The notes under the pieces were generated by a model that did not search any database, had not been told where the DNA came from, and worked only from the letters and a program-made list of their open reading frames with translations. This document shows, piece after piece, positions 38,891-49,991 of a DNA stretch of 64,000 nucleotides. Source of the stretch: Protoeuglena noctilucae (lineage: Eukaryota); the NCBI GenBank assembly GCA_958009085.1, contig OY253670.1, positions 682,001 to 746,000 on the forward strand. Direction: 5' to 3'. A program made the position numbers and the translations under genes. How positions within the stretch are numbered: position 1 is the stretch's first letter; every line of letters begins with the position of its first letter.

Positions 38891-40280
38891 ATGGTGGCGG
38901 CGGAGGCGGGAGCCCGCGAGTCGGCGGAGGAGCTGCGGCAGCAGGGCAATGCGGCTTACCGCGACAAGCAGTATTTGAGGGCAGCTGCCATTTACTCCCA
39001 AGCGATCAAAATTGATGCCAACGACGCCGTTCTGTACAGGTGCATATTTTTGTTTTCGGGCGGCAGCTCCGATCAAAGCGGGTCAGACGCAATCACACGC
39101 ATGTTCCACGTGTAATGAGCTGCCATCAACCGCCTCTGCGTGCCCCGACGCCGCTGCGATGCGGCAACCGAGCTCAGCGTTTGTCCCCAGCTTGTCCTGA
39201 ATCGCAGCAACCGTTGCGTAGCGCTCTTGAGGCTCAAGAAGGTGACGAAGGCCCTTGCTGACGCCGAGAAAGCATGCGAGCTCCGGCCGGACTGGGAGAA
39301 GGCGCACTTCCGCCGCGGCTTAGCGCTGGAGGAGCTCGAGCGGCACGAGGAGGCCCTGGCGGCGTACATCCGCGCTGACGAGCTCGAAAGCAACGGGGAG
39401 GTGAGGGTTGAGCGCACTTTTGCGCAGCAGCTTGATCCAGGCGGTGCTCCCAAAGACCGAACAGCGCAGGGACAACTGAGCGGCGCTCATTGCCGCAGAT
39501 CAAGGAGAAGATCAAGAATCTGAAGGCGCTTGTGCGCAAGGCCGTCTCGGCGCCGGCACGGCCGCACGCCATCCGCAATGTCGAGGAGTATCGTTCCGCC
39601 CAGGAACAGGCGATGGACAAGGCGACAGAGGGCACGGTGCAGCCAGTCGAGCTGTCGCACGACCGGGTGATGGCGTTCGCGAAGGACGTGCTGGGCGGGA
39701 CTCTCGAATCCCTGCGGCGCGGGGAGGGCGTGGAGCCGGCCGTTGTGTTCCTGCCAGGGTGGCGCACCCAGGAGGGCGAGGAGCCTCGGGGCCACGTGGC
39801 GTTGAAGAGCACTTTCGACAGCCCCGACACGCTGGCCGAGTGCGTGGACTTCCTCCGGTGAGCCGCGGCTGGGCGTGGAGGGTGGAGGCACCGCTCGCTG
39901 CGATACCTTTGCAGGCTCAGGCATCGAGGTGTTGTTCGCGGTTGCAGGAAGTACACGGTCGACTACCGAGCTCACGCGGCGGTACTGGTGGTGATGCGTA
40001 GCGAGGTGGCGTACCCACAGACGTGGAAGCAGAACGGTTGGGTGCACGGGAACATGAGGGGCTGCTTCGTGCAGTTGGACTCGCAGCTGGCGCGGAGGAT
40101 GTGGTTCATCCCGCTTCCCAAGGTGCGGCGATTGTGAGGCTGCCTGTTGCACCTGCTACTCTCTGGCGGTCAGAAGCGACACGCAGCGTGCGCACTGGCG
40201 TGCAGGGCAAGCCCGCCGAGAACCCCATCGAGCTGGAGGACGAGGAGAAGTGGCGAATGCTGCCGCGTCTCTTCTCGTAA
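38891..40280 (+). CDS. TPR-repeat protein (STI1/HOP-type TPR co-chaperone domain plus C-terminal domain)
   Basis: 'AEELRQQGNAAYRDKQYLRAAAIYSQAIKID...LYSNRCVALLRL...ALADAEKACELRPDWEKAHFRRGLALEELERHEEALAAY' forms three TPRs; the protein ends 'MLPRLFS*' at 40280. Confidence 0.88.
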
Positions 40281-40350
40281 ATAGATGGCTTCACGGGGAC
40301 CCCACGGGGACTCTTGCTTACTTCATTCGACAGGCGCAGCTCGCGGGTGC

Positions 40351-41823
40351 CTATGCGGTGCGGTTAAACTCGGTGCTCCACATCAGGATCTCGTCAATGT
40401 CCTCCTTCGTCATCTTGTACGAGTCTTTGCAGAACTCACAAGTCACCTCGATAAACCCCTCCTGCTCCAGGATGTTCCGAACCTCAACCTGCGGTTGCGG
40501 GGCCGTCCGATCTCGCCAACGTGCCCCCGCTTGGCGCCCACACGCCCAGTCACTCAGCGGCGATGCGCAAGCAAAAGCGTCACCTCGCCGAGCGTGGCCA
40601 CCGCCCGCTTCATGCGCTGCTTGAGGTCGTCGGCGCCGCAGGGGCCATACGACAGCGGCAGGGTCCCGAGCTCCTTCAGCCCAAGGCTGCCGACGATCTG
40701 ACGGGCGATGTCCGAGGCGCCCATGCCGCCGTCGATGAGCTCGCTGACGCTGCGCATGTTGCTCAGGGTGCGCTCCAGCTCCGCGATCGTGTCCTCCTCC
40801 GCGAAGGGGAGCACGGTCACCAGGAAGCCGCCAGCCGCGCGGACCAGGGCGTTGCGATCGAGCGAGACCCCGAGGCCCAGAGCGCTCTGGGTCTGCTCCG
40901 AGTCCGCCAGGTAGACCGCCAGGTCCTCGGCCACCTCGCCGGAGTGGATGGGGACCACGCCTGTGTAGGGCTCCTTCATGAGCGGATGGCTGCGCACGAC
41001 GCTCAGCACACCGCTGCCCACCGCGGCACCCACGTCAAGCTTGCCGTCCGGACGCAACGGCGGGTCGGCTGCAGGGTTGGCCACGAACGCCCGCGCCTGG
41101 CCCCTCGTGTCGGCGATGGCCGTCAGCGTGCCCAGCGGTCCCCGGCCGTTGAAGGAGATCTGCACCGACTCGTCGTCCTTCCTGAAAGCCCCCATGAGGA
41201 GGGCCCCGGTGAGGGCCCTGCCCAGCGCTGCAGTTGCTGTCGGCGCCGTGCCGTGGCGCGACTGAGCGTCCTGGACCATGCGGGTCGTTTGGGCGACCAT
41301 GACGGACACCTGCGGGACAGAATCTGGCTCCCCTTTCGCGTCTGTGGCTCAAACTCGTGCAACAAAAGTCGGGGCGCCGTCGTTTTCCGAGGGCCGTGCT
41401 GGCTTCGCGCTTCTCTCAGCCGGTGACGAGATCGTGGTGGCGCCTCACCTGCCCGTTCTCCGTCAGCCCGCGCAGTAACACGTCCGATGCCCCCGATGCC
41501 TGAGCGCTTATCATTCTCCTCATCTGCCTCCCGACCCTCCCGATAGCGGCCAGCCGCCCCATCGCTGGCATCGCCGGCTGCACCGCACACGACGGACTCG
41601 CGCCAGAGGAGGTCGCCGCTCTCATCGCTTGCGCCCTCATGAGACGGCTCTGCGCGATGATAATGCGCCAGGCGAGCAGACCGAGGCACCGGCGGAGCAG
41701 CAGCCAAGAACAACGGGAATGACAGAGACAGGGCGGCAACGCACGAGAGGAAGTTCCCTTCCACACAGAGCTTGCGCTTGAACTGGTGTGAGGGCCTGGT
41801 GTTCTCCCGGATGGATGGGGCAT
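40351..41823 (-). CDS. HSP33: Hsp33 (HslO-family) redox-regulated chaperone, probably plastid-targeted (start uncertain)
   Basis: 'DVLLRGL...VQDAQSRHGTAPTATAALGRALTGALLM', 'KLDVGAAVGSGVL', 'PYTGVVPIHSGEVAEDLAVYLADSEQTQSALGLGV', 'AAGGFLVTVLP', 'IEVTCEFCKDSY'; stop TAG at 40351-40353. Confidence 0.93.
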
Positions 41824-41966
41824 CTACTGACATCTCGCCGCCAGCCCCCGCTGCCAGCATGCCCGCCGCCAAGCGTATCCTGATGGCTCCAGCACCACCC
41901 CTGTTTTGCTCAGGGCTTGCTGGTGTCAGAATATACCAGTGGTTCCGGCGCCGAGCCTAAGCCGTG

Positions 41967-43939
41967 ATGTCCAAGCCCACCTCTCTGCCCGAGGTAGGCT
42001 CCATCGCTCCGCTGTCGCATTCGAAGGACAAGCAGGGGCGGACGCAGAAGCGGGAGGGGCTGCTGAACGTGTCGAAGGACGACTTCGTCATCATCGACGG
42101 CCTCCGGTGCGCAGCGTTGTGCGCGTGCCCGCTGGCCGCCCGCGCGGTTCGCTGCGCCGGCGCGCCGGCTGAGGGGAAGCTCCACGGCGTGCTTTTCTCC
42201 TCAGGATTGTCAAGCCTTACTGGTTCGACTTCATCTCCCACGTCAAGCAGCGGTGGTGCGGCCGGAGGCTGCTGGACCACTTTTGCACGGAGTTCCCCAC
42301 CCTCTCGCGCGAGTACTACGACTGGGCCATCAAGACCGGGCGCGTGCGCATCGAGGGTCTCGTGGTCGGCGAGAATCACGTTCTGAAGGACTCGCAGAGG
42401 ATCCGGTGACTCGCTGACACAAAAGGCGCATGCACCCCATCATGAGTTCGCAGCAGTCATCACGCCTGGTGAAACCATTTTGGTCCCTTAACTTCCTCCC
42501 AGGCACCTCGTGCACCGGCACGAGCCCGCCTGCGGGGAGGGGGACGTCGAGGTCCATCATGTGTGCCCCGACTACGTAGTCGTCAGCAAACCGGCTGGAA
42601 TGCCGGTGCATCCGGCCGGGCAGCACCACAAGAACACAGGCAAGCGAAGACAGGATGCGGCGCGAGGGAGCCCCCCCCGCCTGCGGGCACACCCATTGTG
42701 ACCCTTCCGATTTCTGTATTGGCCGCAGTCCTGGGCGTCCTGCAAGCCACCCGGCCCGACCTGGGCGAGCTGTCTCCGCTGCATCGACTGGACAAGCCCG
42801 TCTCGGGCCTGCTGGTACGCCACGCGCTGCAAGGCTTCTTGCGTCACGCCCTGTCACCACCGCCTGCCCGCCCCTTGCCGAGGACCCGCGCTGCAACGCC
42901 CTGGCTGCAGGTGCTTGCACGCAACTCGGACGCCGCGCGGAAACTGACGCAGCAGATCACCGACAAGGAGGTGCGCAAGACGTACGTGGCGCGGGTGCTG
43001 GGCCGTTTCCCCGAGGGTGGCACCCACGTGGTCGACTGTCCGCTGTCGTGGGACGCCGCCGCGGGTACCGCGCACTGCTACCCTCGAGAGGAACAGCCTC
43101 ACTCTCGACTGGCCCCCGAACTGGTGCACGTTGACCGGGGTGACGTGGCGGCGGGCGCGGGTGGCGGGGAGGGGGCGAAGCGGGGGCGCGATCGCGGCGG
43201 AGGAGACCCGGCGCTTATTCCGAGGGAGGCCGTGACCGAGTTCGCGCTGCTCTGCGTCGAGGACCAGAAGGCGGAGGTCACGAGTTTGGTGGTGTGCCGC
43301 CCGTTGACAGGTGGGTGCACGGGGGGTGTGTAGCAGGCCCATGGGGCTTAGAACGCGCTCACGTAGGTTCTTCTTGGATTCTTGTTACTAGTGCGACCCA
43401 TGCGTTGGTCTGTGACACCCGCAGGGCGGACGCACCAGATCCGCGCACACCTGGGGCTCATGGGACACCCCATCGCCAACGATTTCATATACGGCGGCAC
43501 GCAGTCGACGCCACTGGGGCACTACGTGGCGATGGCCCGGAAGAGGAGAGCGGAGCAGAGCGGGACGGGGCCGGCGTCAAGTGAGGCCCCGGGCGGGTCC
43601 CTTGACGGTGCTGCGGGGTCCGAGCAAGCGTCCAAGCGTCCCCGGCACAGCGAGACGCCGGGGGATGGGGGCGCCGCATCGTCTTGGGGAGACAGGTCGG
43701 TGTTTGGGGATGAGGACCTGCTCGAGGACGAGTGGAGAAACTACCCCGGGGTCATGGGCCTGCGCGTGCCGGACGACGAGGTGGCCACGCGCTGCGCCAA
43801 CTGCCCCCGGTACCCGATTCGGGGGTTTCCCTTGTCGAGCGAAGCGCTTTGGCTGCACGCCCTGCGTTTCAAGGGCGATGGCTGGGAATACAGCGTCCCG
43901 CCGCCTGCTTGGGCGAATGGCGTGCAAGTGCCCGACTAG
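41967..43939 (+). CDS. RluA-family RNA pseudouridine synthase (RPUSD2/Pus8-Pus9-like)
   Basis: 'VKPYWFDFISHVKQRW', 'HRHEP', 'VVVSKPAGMPVHPAG', catalytic 'LHRLDKPVSGLLVLA', 'KTYVARVLG', '[27 protein letters not shown]', 'LWLHA'. Confidence 0.93.
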
Positions 43940-44081
43940 CTGCGTCGTGTGTCTCAGGTGTGCCTGGGTCGCTGCCGGCCGTTTGAGACCCACATGGGTT
44001 TTGGGGATGCCCACGCAGGCTCTTAAACGGGTTCACAGGAACCGTGTCAGGGCCTGACTCCACCCAGGTGAATACCCGATA

Positions 44082-44117
44082 GTGGATCATGTATTGTCAG
44101 TGGGTCATGTATTGTCG
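44082..44117. repeat. 18-nt direct repeat, two copies, intergenic
   Basis: gtggatcatgtattgtca / gtgggtcatgtattgtcg, followed by a partial ggtcat. Confidence 0.75.
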
Positions 44118-44335
44118 GGTCATCAGCCAGCCGGGGGCTGACCTTCTTGCGTAGGGTTCACTTTGTTCTGGCTGACAGGAGTGCCTTCGGGCTCTGCGCG
44201 TCGCGGACGCTGGCCTACGGACAAAGTGAAGCTATCTTGGCGAGCAGCAGCCTCATTTGCGAATCGTCAACCCGAGACCAGCGAGCCACACCTCTGCGAC
44301 ACGTCGTGCGCTGGTTTGATGGGAAGCTGGGGCAC

Positions 44336-45345
44336 ATGGCTACGACGACGAGCTCTCACGAGGCAACCATGCCTCCGTGTGCGCTCGTATGGACTCCTAT
44401 CCCATTCGTCACGTGGATTTTCCCTTTCGTCGGTCACGTCGGCATAACGTCGAGCCGCGGCAAGGTGATGAGCCCAGCAACTGCCGCGCGGCATCCAGTG
44501 CGAGCTTGAAGGCGCTGCAACGCAATCGGAGCTTTGCTTGTCCACAAAGAAAGTCGGAATCGACCGCTGCACGTCACATGTTGTTCAGGTTCGCGATTTC
44601 CTCGGCCCCTTCTTCGTGAATGACTCGGGATCGCTTGGGTTTGGTGCTCCTACGCGGACGCTACGGTTGGATCCCGCCTTGGTGACGAAGCGCCCCGCGA
44701 GCCCTCACGTGGCGACGGGCCGAGACGCCAACTCTCCACCTTCCACGTCCGATTTCGAGGCCTGGGACGCAGCCATGCTCCGTGCCACCAAGTGTTACGA
44801 GGCAAGCGCGAGCTCGCCGAGTCTGTGTGCGGACAGCATGCCTGCACGCCCACGGTCCTGAGCCTCTGCCAGCGCCGGGATGTCCGCAGAGGCAGTGGTA
44901 CAGGTTCCTCACCAACAACTGTCACTGCTACGTCGCGCACTGCCTCAACCAGATGGAGTACAAGGGTTCGTCGGATCACAACATGGCATCCATAGCGGCC
45001 ATGGTCGTTCTGCGAGCACGGCACGTGGGCGTCGTCGGCCTCCTGAAGACGTGGCTTCCCTGGGCTGTCATCATGGTCCTCTGCGGCTACTTCGGGACCT
45101 GGGTTTTTTTCCTCATCTGGGTCAGCTTGGCGGTGACACTAGGCCTGGGACTCACCATATACGCAGTCAGCCACGTCGAGCCGCCCCTACCCAAGGCGAG
45201 AGAGCTCAGGGTGCTGGGGCAACCAAGGCCGCACTCACGCCATAGGATGGGTCCCCAGGAGTCACCGTGCATCCCCCCGGCACGCCCGCAGGAGTGGGAG
45301 GCACGGCAATGGCTTCCTCAGCGGGGCCAGACCAGCGATGTTTAG
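44336..45345 (+). CDS. RTE1/RTH/TMEM222-like membrane protein (DUF778)
   Basis: 'PCALVWTPIPFVTWIFPFVGHVGI...VRDFLGPFFV...GFGAPTR', 'WDAAM', 'YRFLTNNCHCYVAHCLN', followed by two C-terminal hydrophobic segments. Confidence 0.88.
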
Positions 45346-45639
45346 AGCTTGTCCACTTGTACCCACTGCAAGTCAGAGAAGACCCACTTAGTAACTTAGT
45401 GCAAGGGGTCCCACCGGCGGCTGGCCTGTCCTGTAGCGAGGCTAAGACCCTCTTTGCGATGGATGCCGCCGGCCGCTGTTGAAACCTCGACTGTTACGAT
45501 CGACGCCGTGCGGAAAGCACGCCAGCCCCCGCACGGGACTGGCAGCGACGTGCCAGTTTTCCCCCGCTCTGCAGTGCACCGTTTCAGGCCGCCTGGGCGC
45601 CGTCTGCGCCCCATACGGGAGCTCTTCTCGTAAAGCACC

Positions 45640-48600
45640 ATGTCCGCCGTGCTGCAGGCTGCTTGCGCTCCCCTGCGTGCCGGCGTGACCTGCTCCAGGA
45701 GGGCTGCCGTCGCTCGTGCGCTCGGCCAGGCCTGCCGTCTCGCGAACACCCCCAGCCCCCTCTTCTGGCCGAAGCGTGTCGGGAGCAGTGTCGCGTGCGC
45801 CGCTCTACTCGCCGCAGACGGCCAAGTCAGGTGCGCCTTTGACTGGACTGGCCAGGGGTGCGGGAGTTCTCCCCCGGCCGCGGGACGCCCGCGAAGGGGC
45901 ACGCGGCGATGTCTTAATTCGTCCGTTTCCCGGCCCCCGGCGACGCCCGGGACCCGCAAGGACTGCCCCGGAGGACCCGGCGATGTTCGTTAGACATCTC
46001 TCGAGCCGCCCCGACTCTCCGCGCACTGCCGGGCGGCTGCGACGCGCGCCCTGTGAACGTGTCGCCAGCGAGCGGTCCTGCCCCGCGCCCGGGGCCCCCG
46101 CTCCCCGGCCGCACGCCGGAAACCAGCCCGGGGCCACGCCGGATCCGTGCGCTCGCCCCCGTCCCCGCGGCAGTCACCTGACCCTCGGCACCGCGCTTTC
46201 GCGCAGGGAGGTCAGCGCCAAGGTCGACATGAGCTTCATCGGCCTCGTGGGGCTGGCCGTCATGGGCCAGGTGGGCGATGGGGGGTTCGGGGGGCGTCCC
46301 GGCCGCCCTTTGCGACGCTGTTTTGCATGCGCTAGGCGTGCGAGGGCTGCGAGGCTCCAGGGCCGGGAGCAGGGGCTCCGAGCACCTCGGCCCTCCTAGC
46401 GCCCGGATCCGACCTCCGGGTCCCTCGCCTCGAGGATGGCGCACAGAGGATGGGTATTTGCGCCGGGTGGTCCGCCCGCGGCCCCGGCTCGCTCGGGTTA
46501 TGGCCCGCACTGCTTACGAGGGGCTGGCGCGCGGCCCTCGCGCCGATATACCCGTCGCACGGGCCCGACGCCGGACGCATTGCTACTTTTCTCGCTCGGC
46601 ACCGCCTCCCGCATCGCCCGCGCCCAGCCCTCGCGCCCCCGCGCGGTCTTGCCGTGTCCGTTCCTGTTCTGCCGAGATGCGCCGCTCTGGGGGCACCGCT
46701 TTGGCATCCGGGGATCGCACCGTTTTGTGTCATGTACAAAGGATCGCGTGGCGCTCCCGAGGAACCTCCAGCGCCCCCTCGGGCCGCGCGAGGGCGAGGC
46801 GCGTTGGGTGTCCCCTGGCCGCAGAACCTCGCGCTCAACATCGCGGACAAGGGGTTCTCAATCTCGGTCTACAACCGCACGTACTCCAAGACGGAGCTGG
46901 CGGTCAAGCGCGCAGCCAAGGAGGGCCTGAGGTGACGCTGCGGCATGCCCAAGCAAGTGCAGGACGGGCGTGCCATTGCGTGCAGGCGCGCTCACGGCTG
47001 CCGCGCCGCCACCCCGCACGCAGCGGTAAGCTGGTGGGGTTCGAGGACATGGCGGACTTTGTCAAGTCGCTCGAGCGGCCTCGCAAGGTCATCATCCTGG
47101 TGCAGGCGGGCAAGCCCGTCGACGAGACGATCGACAAGCTGCTGGAGCATATGGAGGAGGGCGACGTCATCATCGGTGAGGACTCACTGTCGTCGCGCGC
47201 CGGGTGGCGGACCGGACTGCGCGCATGGCACCCCAGCTGCCTCCCAGGCAACCCGTGACGGTGCGCCGTGGCTTGGCACGCAGACGGGGGCAACGAGTGG
47301 TACGAGAACACGGAGCGGCGGATGAAGATGTGCGCGACGCGGGGCGTGCTGTTCATGGGCATGGGGGTGTCGGGCGGGGAGGAGGGGGCGCGCCGGGGTC
47401 CCTCGCTGATGCCGGGCGGGCCGCGGGAGGCGTTCGACGCCATCGCGCCGGCGCTGCGCAAGGTGGCGGCGCAGGTGGACGGGCCGTGCACCACGTACGT
47501 GGGCCCGGGCGGCGCGGGCAACTACGTCAAGATGGTCCACAACGGCATCGAGTACGGGGACATGCAGCTCATCGCCGAGGCGTACGACCTGCTGTCCACC
47601 GTGGGGGGCCTGTCGACGGACGAGCTGGCGACCGTGTTCGACGAGTGGAACGCCGGGGAGCTCCAGTCTTTCCTGATCGAGATCACGGCGCAGATCTTCA
47701 AGACGCCGAACGACCGGGGGTCCGGCGCCCTGGTCGACTACATCCTGGACCAGACGGGCATGAAGGGCACGGGCAAGTGGACCGTGCAGCAGGCCGCGGA
47801 GCTCTCCGTCGCCGCCCCGACCATCGCGGCCGCTCTGGACGCCCGCTTCATCTCGGGGATTAAGCCCCAGCGCACGCAAGCGTCCGAGTTCTACGCGCGC
47901 ATGGGGTGCGCCCCCGCGGGCACGGACAGGCCCGCGGTGGACAAGAAGCAGCTGGTCGAGGACGTCCGCGCGGCCCTCTACGCCTCCAAGATCTGCTCGT
48001 ATGCCCAGGTGAGGACGGGCGTGGCAGCGACATCCGGGGTTACCATGGGCGGCCTCCAGCCGGGAGCTGGCACAGCTGAGGGCACCCGGGTGGGAGCTAG
48101 CACAGCCCACGGAGTGCATGGGGGTCTTGGTAATCCCATGGGGCGCACGCACGGCCTTGCTGCGACAGCCCTGCTGTCAGCGCCCATGCTCCGTCCTTTT
48201 GCGCAGGGGATGAACATTATCAAGGCCAAGTCTGCCGAGCAGGGGTGGGGCATCCAGCTCGGGGAGCTCGCGCGCATCTGGAAGGGCGGCTGCATCATCC
48301 GCGCCAAGTTCCTCGACCGCATCAAGTCCGCCTACGACCGCAATGCCGACCTCTCGTCGCTGCTGGTTGACGACGACTTCGCCAAGGAGCTCGTGGCGTG
48401 GCAGGCCGCGTGGCGCCGCGTGATCGCGATGGCCGTGCAGGCGGGCGTCGGCGTGCCCGGCATGATGAGCTCCCTGAGCTACTTCGACAGCTACCGCCGC
48501 GCTCGCCTCCCGGCCAACCTCGTCCAGGCCCAGCGTGACTACTTCGGGTCCCACACGTACCAGCGGACGGACGACGCCTCGGGCGAGTGGTTCCACACTG

Positions 48601-48656
48601 TTTGGTCCGAGGGCAACTCAGCGGACTCGATCACCACCAAGGGTTACATTGCCTAG
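45640..48656 (+). CDS. PGD: 6-phosphogluconate dehydrogenase (decarboxylating) with N-terminal transit peptide
   Basis: '[30 protein letters not shown]', 'IIDGGNEWYENTERR', 'GMGVSGGEEGARRGPSLMPGG', 'GAGNYVKMVHNGIEYGDMQLIAEAY', 'KGTGKWT', 'IWKGGCIIRA', 'LPANLVQAQRDYFGSHTY'. Exon 1 is Ala/Arg/Ser-rich. Confidence 0.97.
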
Positions 48657-48757
48657 GCCGCGAGTCGCGCGCGTTCTGCGGCGCTCCCGCTCCTCTCCTG
48701 GAGGCAAGCTGGCCCGCCACGGCGACTTTTTGAAGGCCCTGACGTGTTGTCTTCAAC

Positions 48758-48846
48758 GCTCACACGTCATGCGACAGGCTCAGCTTGGCCCTGCTCACAA
48801 GTCTTGGCCCTGCTCACAAGTCATACGACAGGCTCAGCTTGGCCCT
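48758..48846. repeat. Short imperfect tandem repeat (35 + 19 + 35 nt units)
   Basis: gctcacacgtcatgcgacaggctcagcttggccct | gctcacaagtcttggccct | gctcacaagtcatacgacaggctcagcttggccct, downstream of the PGD stop. Confidence 0.85.
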
Positions 48847-49057
48847 TCTGTCGTGGCGGAATTCGGCCCGAAGGGAGACGTTGTTCTCTCGGAGCTCCAA
48901 GAAGGGCCTCACGTCCACGGGATCGCGCAGCACGTACCGCCCGTTCGAGCTTTTCTGGAACGGGGCATCTGCCTCCAGGCCAGCTGCAGGCGACCGTAAC
49001 GTGCCATGCGTCTCGACTGCGTCGTGGCTCCATCGCGGCTGTGCTAGGCTGGCTGGT

Positions 49058-49948
49058 TCAGGCCTTACCTGAGATGCGAACGTCCTGGGATGGCGTGAAG
49101 CCGTAGCCCGTGGACACCACTTCCGCTGCGCCGGACACGAGGGCGTCCCCCGAGGGGACCTCCACTGCGCACGACCCCCGAAGGCTCAAGAAGGACACCC
49201 ACGCGGACCCACTGGTGGTCCCCAGGGCCACCTGCGTGGCGAGGTCACCGAGCGAGTTGCAAAAATGCAAACGATTGCTTTCAGAGGCCCCGAGGCAGAC
49301 GCACGTGCCCCGCACACATACCCGCTTGTGGACGTGCACGGCCGCTGTCTTCTCCTTGTCTCGTGGACCACTCAGGCGCACCGTGCCCTCGACGTCGACG
49401 CGCGTATCCGCTGTCGCGGGGGAGCCGCCAGACCAGCGGTCTGGGTACAGCGACTGCCGCAGCGTCGTGTCTATCGTGGGCGTCGTCCCGTCGATGGGGA
49501 GCCTGCCCATCACCTTCAGAGCCGTCCCCTGACCGCTAGCAACCGTTTGCTGAAGCTCCATTGCCCATTTCCTGCGCGACAAAGCGATGAGATGATGAGG
49601 GAGCGGAACCCAGCCGTCACGGCCCCCGCGCGCGAGGCCGCGCGTGCCTGGGACCCCGGCCGGTCTCGTCATAGCGAAGTCGAGCCTCCATGACGCCTCC
49701 TGTTCCCTGTCCTCGGTGACTGCGCCACTGCCGAGAGCGCACGGTCGTGTGACGGAACTCGCTGCCGCGCCGAGCACACGAGCTACGTGGGTCTGCACAG
49801 GAAGCTGATGCGAGTCGTTTGTGACAAGTGATGGGTCCCGAGACGAGGGCAGGCGAATCTCCAGTCCCCAATGCTCTGGCGTCGGCGCGCAAGGCTGGCG
49901 AGGGCGAGGCCACGCGATGCGCAGCACGTCATCGCTCTGAGGCTGCAT
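49058..49948 (-). CDS. Hypothetical protein (296-aa ORF), head-to-head with murD
   Basis: An ATG-initiated ORF filling the gap between PGD and murD, with composition that is not low-complexity. I recognised no motif. Confidence 0.35.
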   Translation of the reverse strand: MQPQSDDVLRIAWPRPRQPCAPTPEHWGLEIRLPSSRDPSLVTNDSHQLPVQTHVARVLGAAASSVTRPCALGSGAVTEDREQEASWRLDFAMTRPAGVPGTRGLARGGRDGWVPLPHHLIALSRRKWAMELQQTVASGQGTALKVMGRLPIDGTTPTIDTTLRQSLYPDRWSGGSPATADTRVDVEGTVRLSGPRDKEKTAAVHVHKRVCVRGTCVCLGASESNRLHFCNSLGDLATQVALGTTSGSAWVSFLSLRGSCAVEVPSGDALVSGAAEVVSTGYGFTPSQDVRISGKA

Positions 49949-49991
49949 TCCTGGCCTTCAAACGCGGATAGGGCCTCGGCATCACTCTCAA

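Noticed and set aside
26382..48656. Malic enzyme and 6PGD as an NADPH-supply gene cluster
   Set aside because: They are about 16 kb apart with unrelated genes in between and have different predicted compartments.
44082..48846. Short direct repeats as a CRISPR array or transposon ends
   Set aside because: Only 2-3 adjacent units, no unique spacers, no cas or transposase gene, and no terminal inverted repeats or target-site duplications seen.
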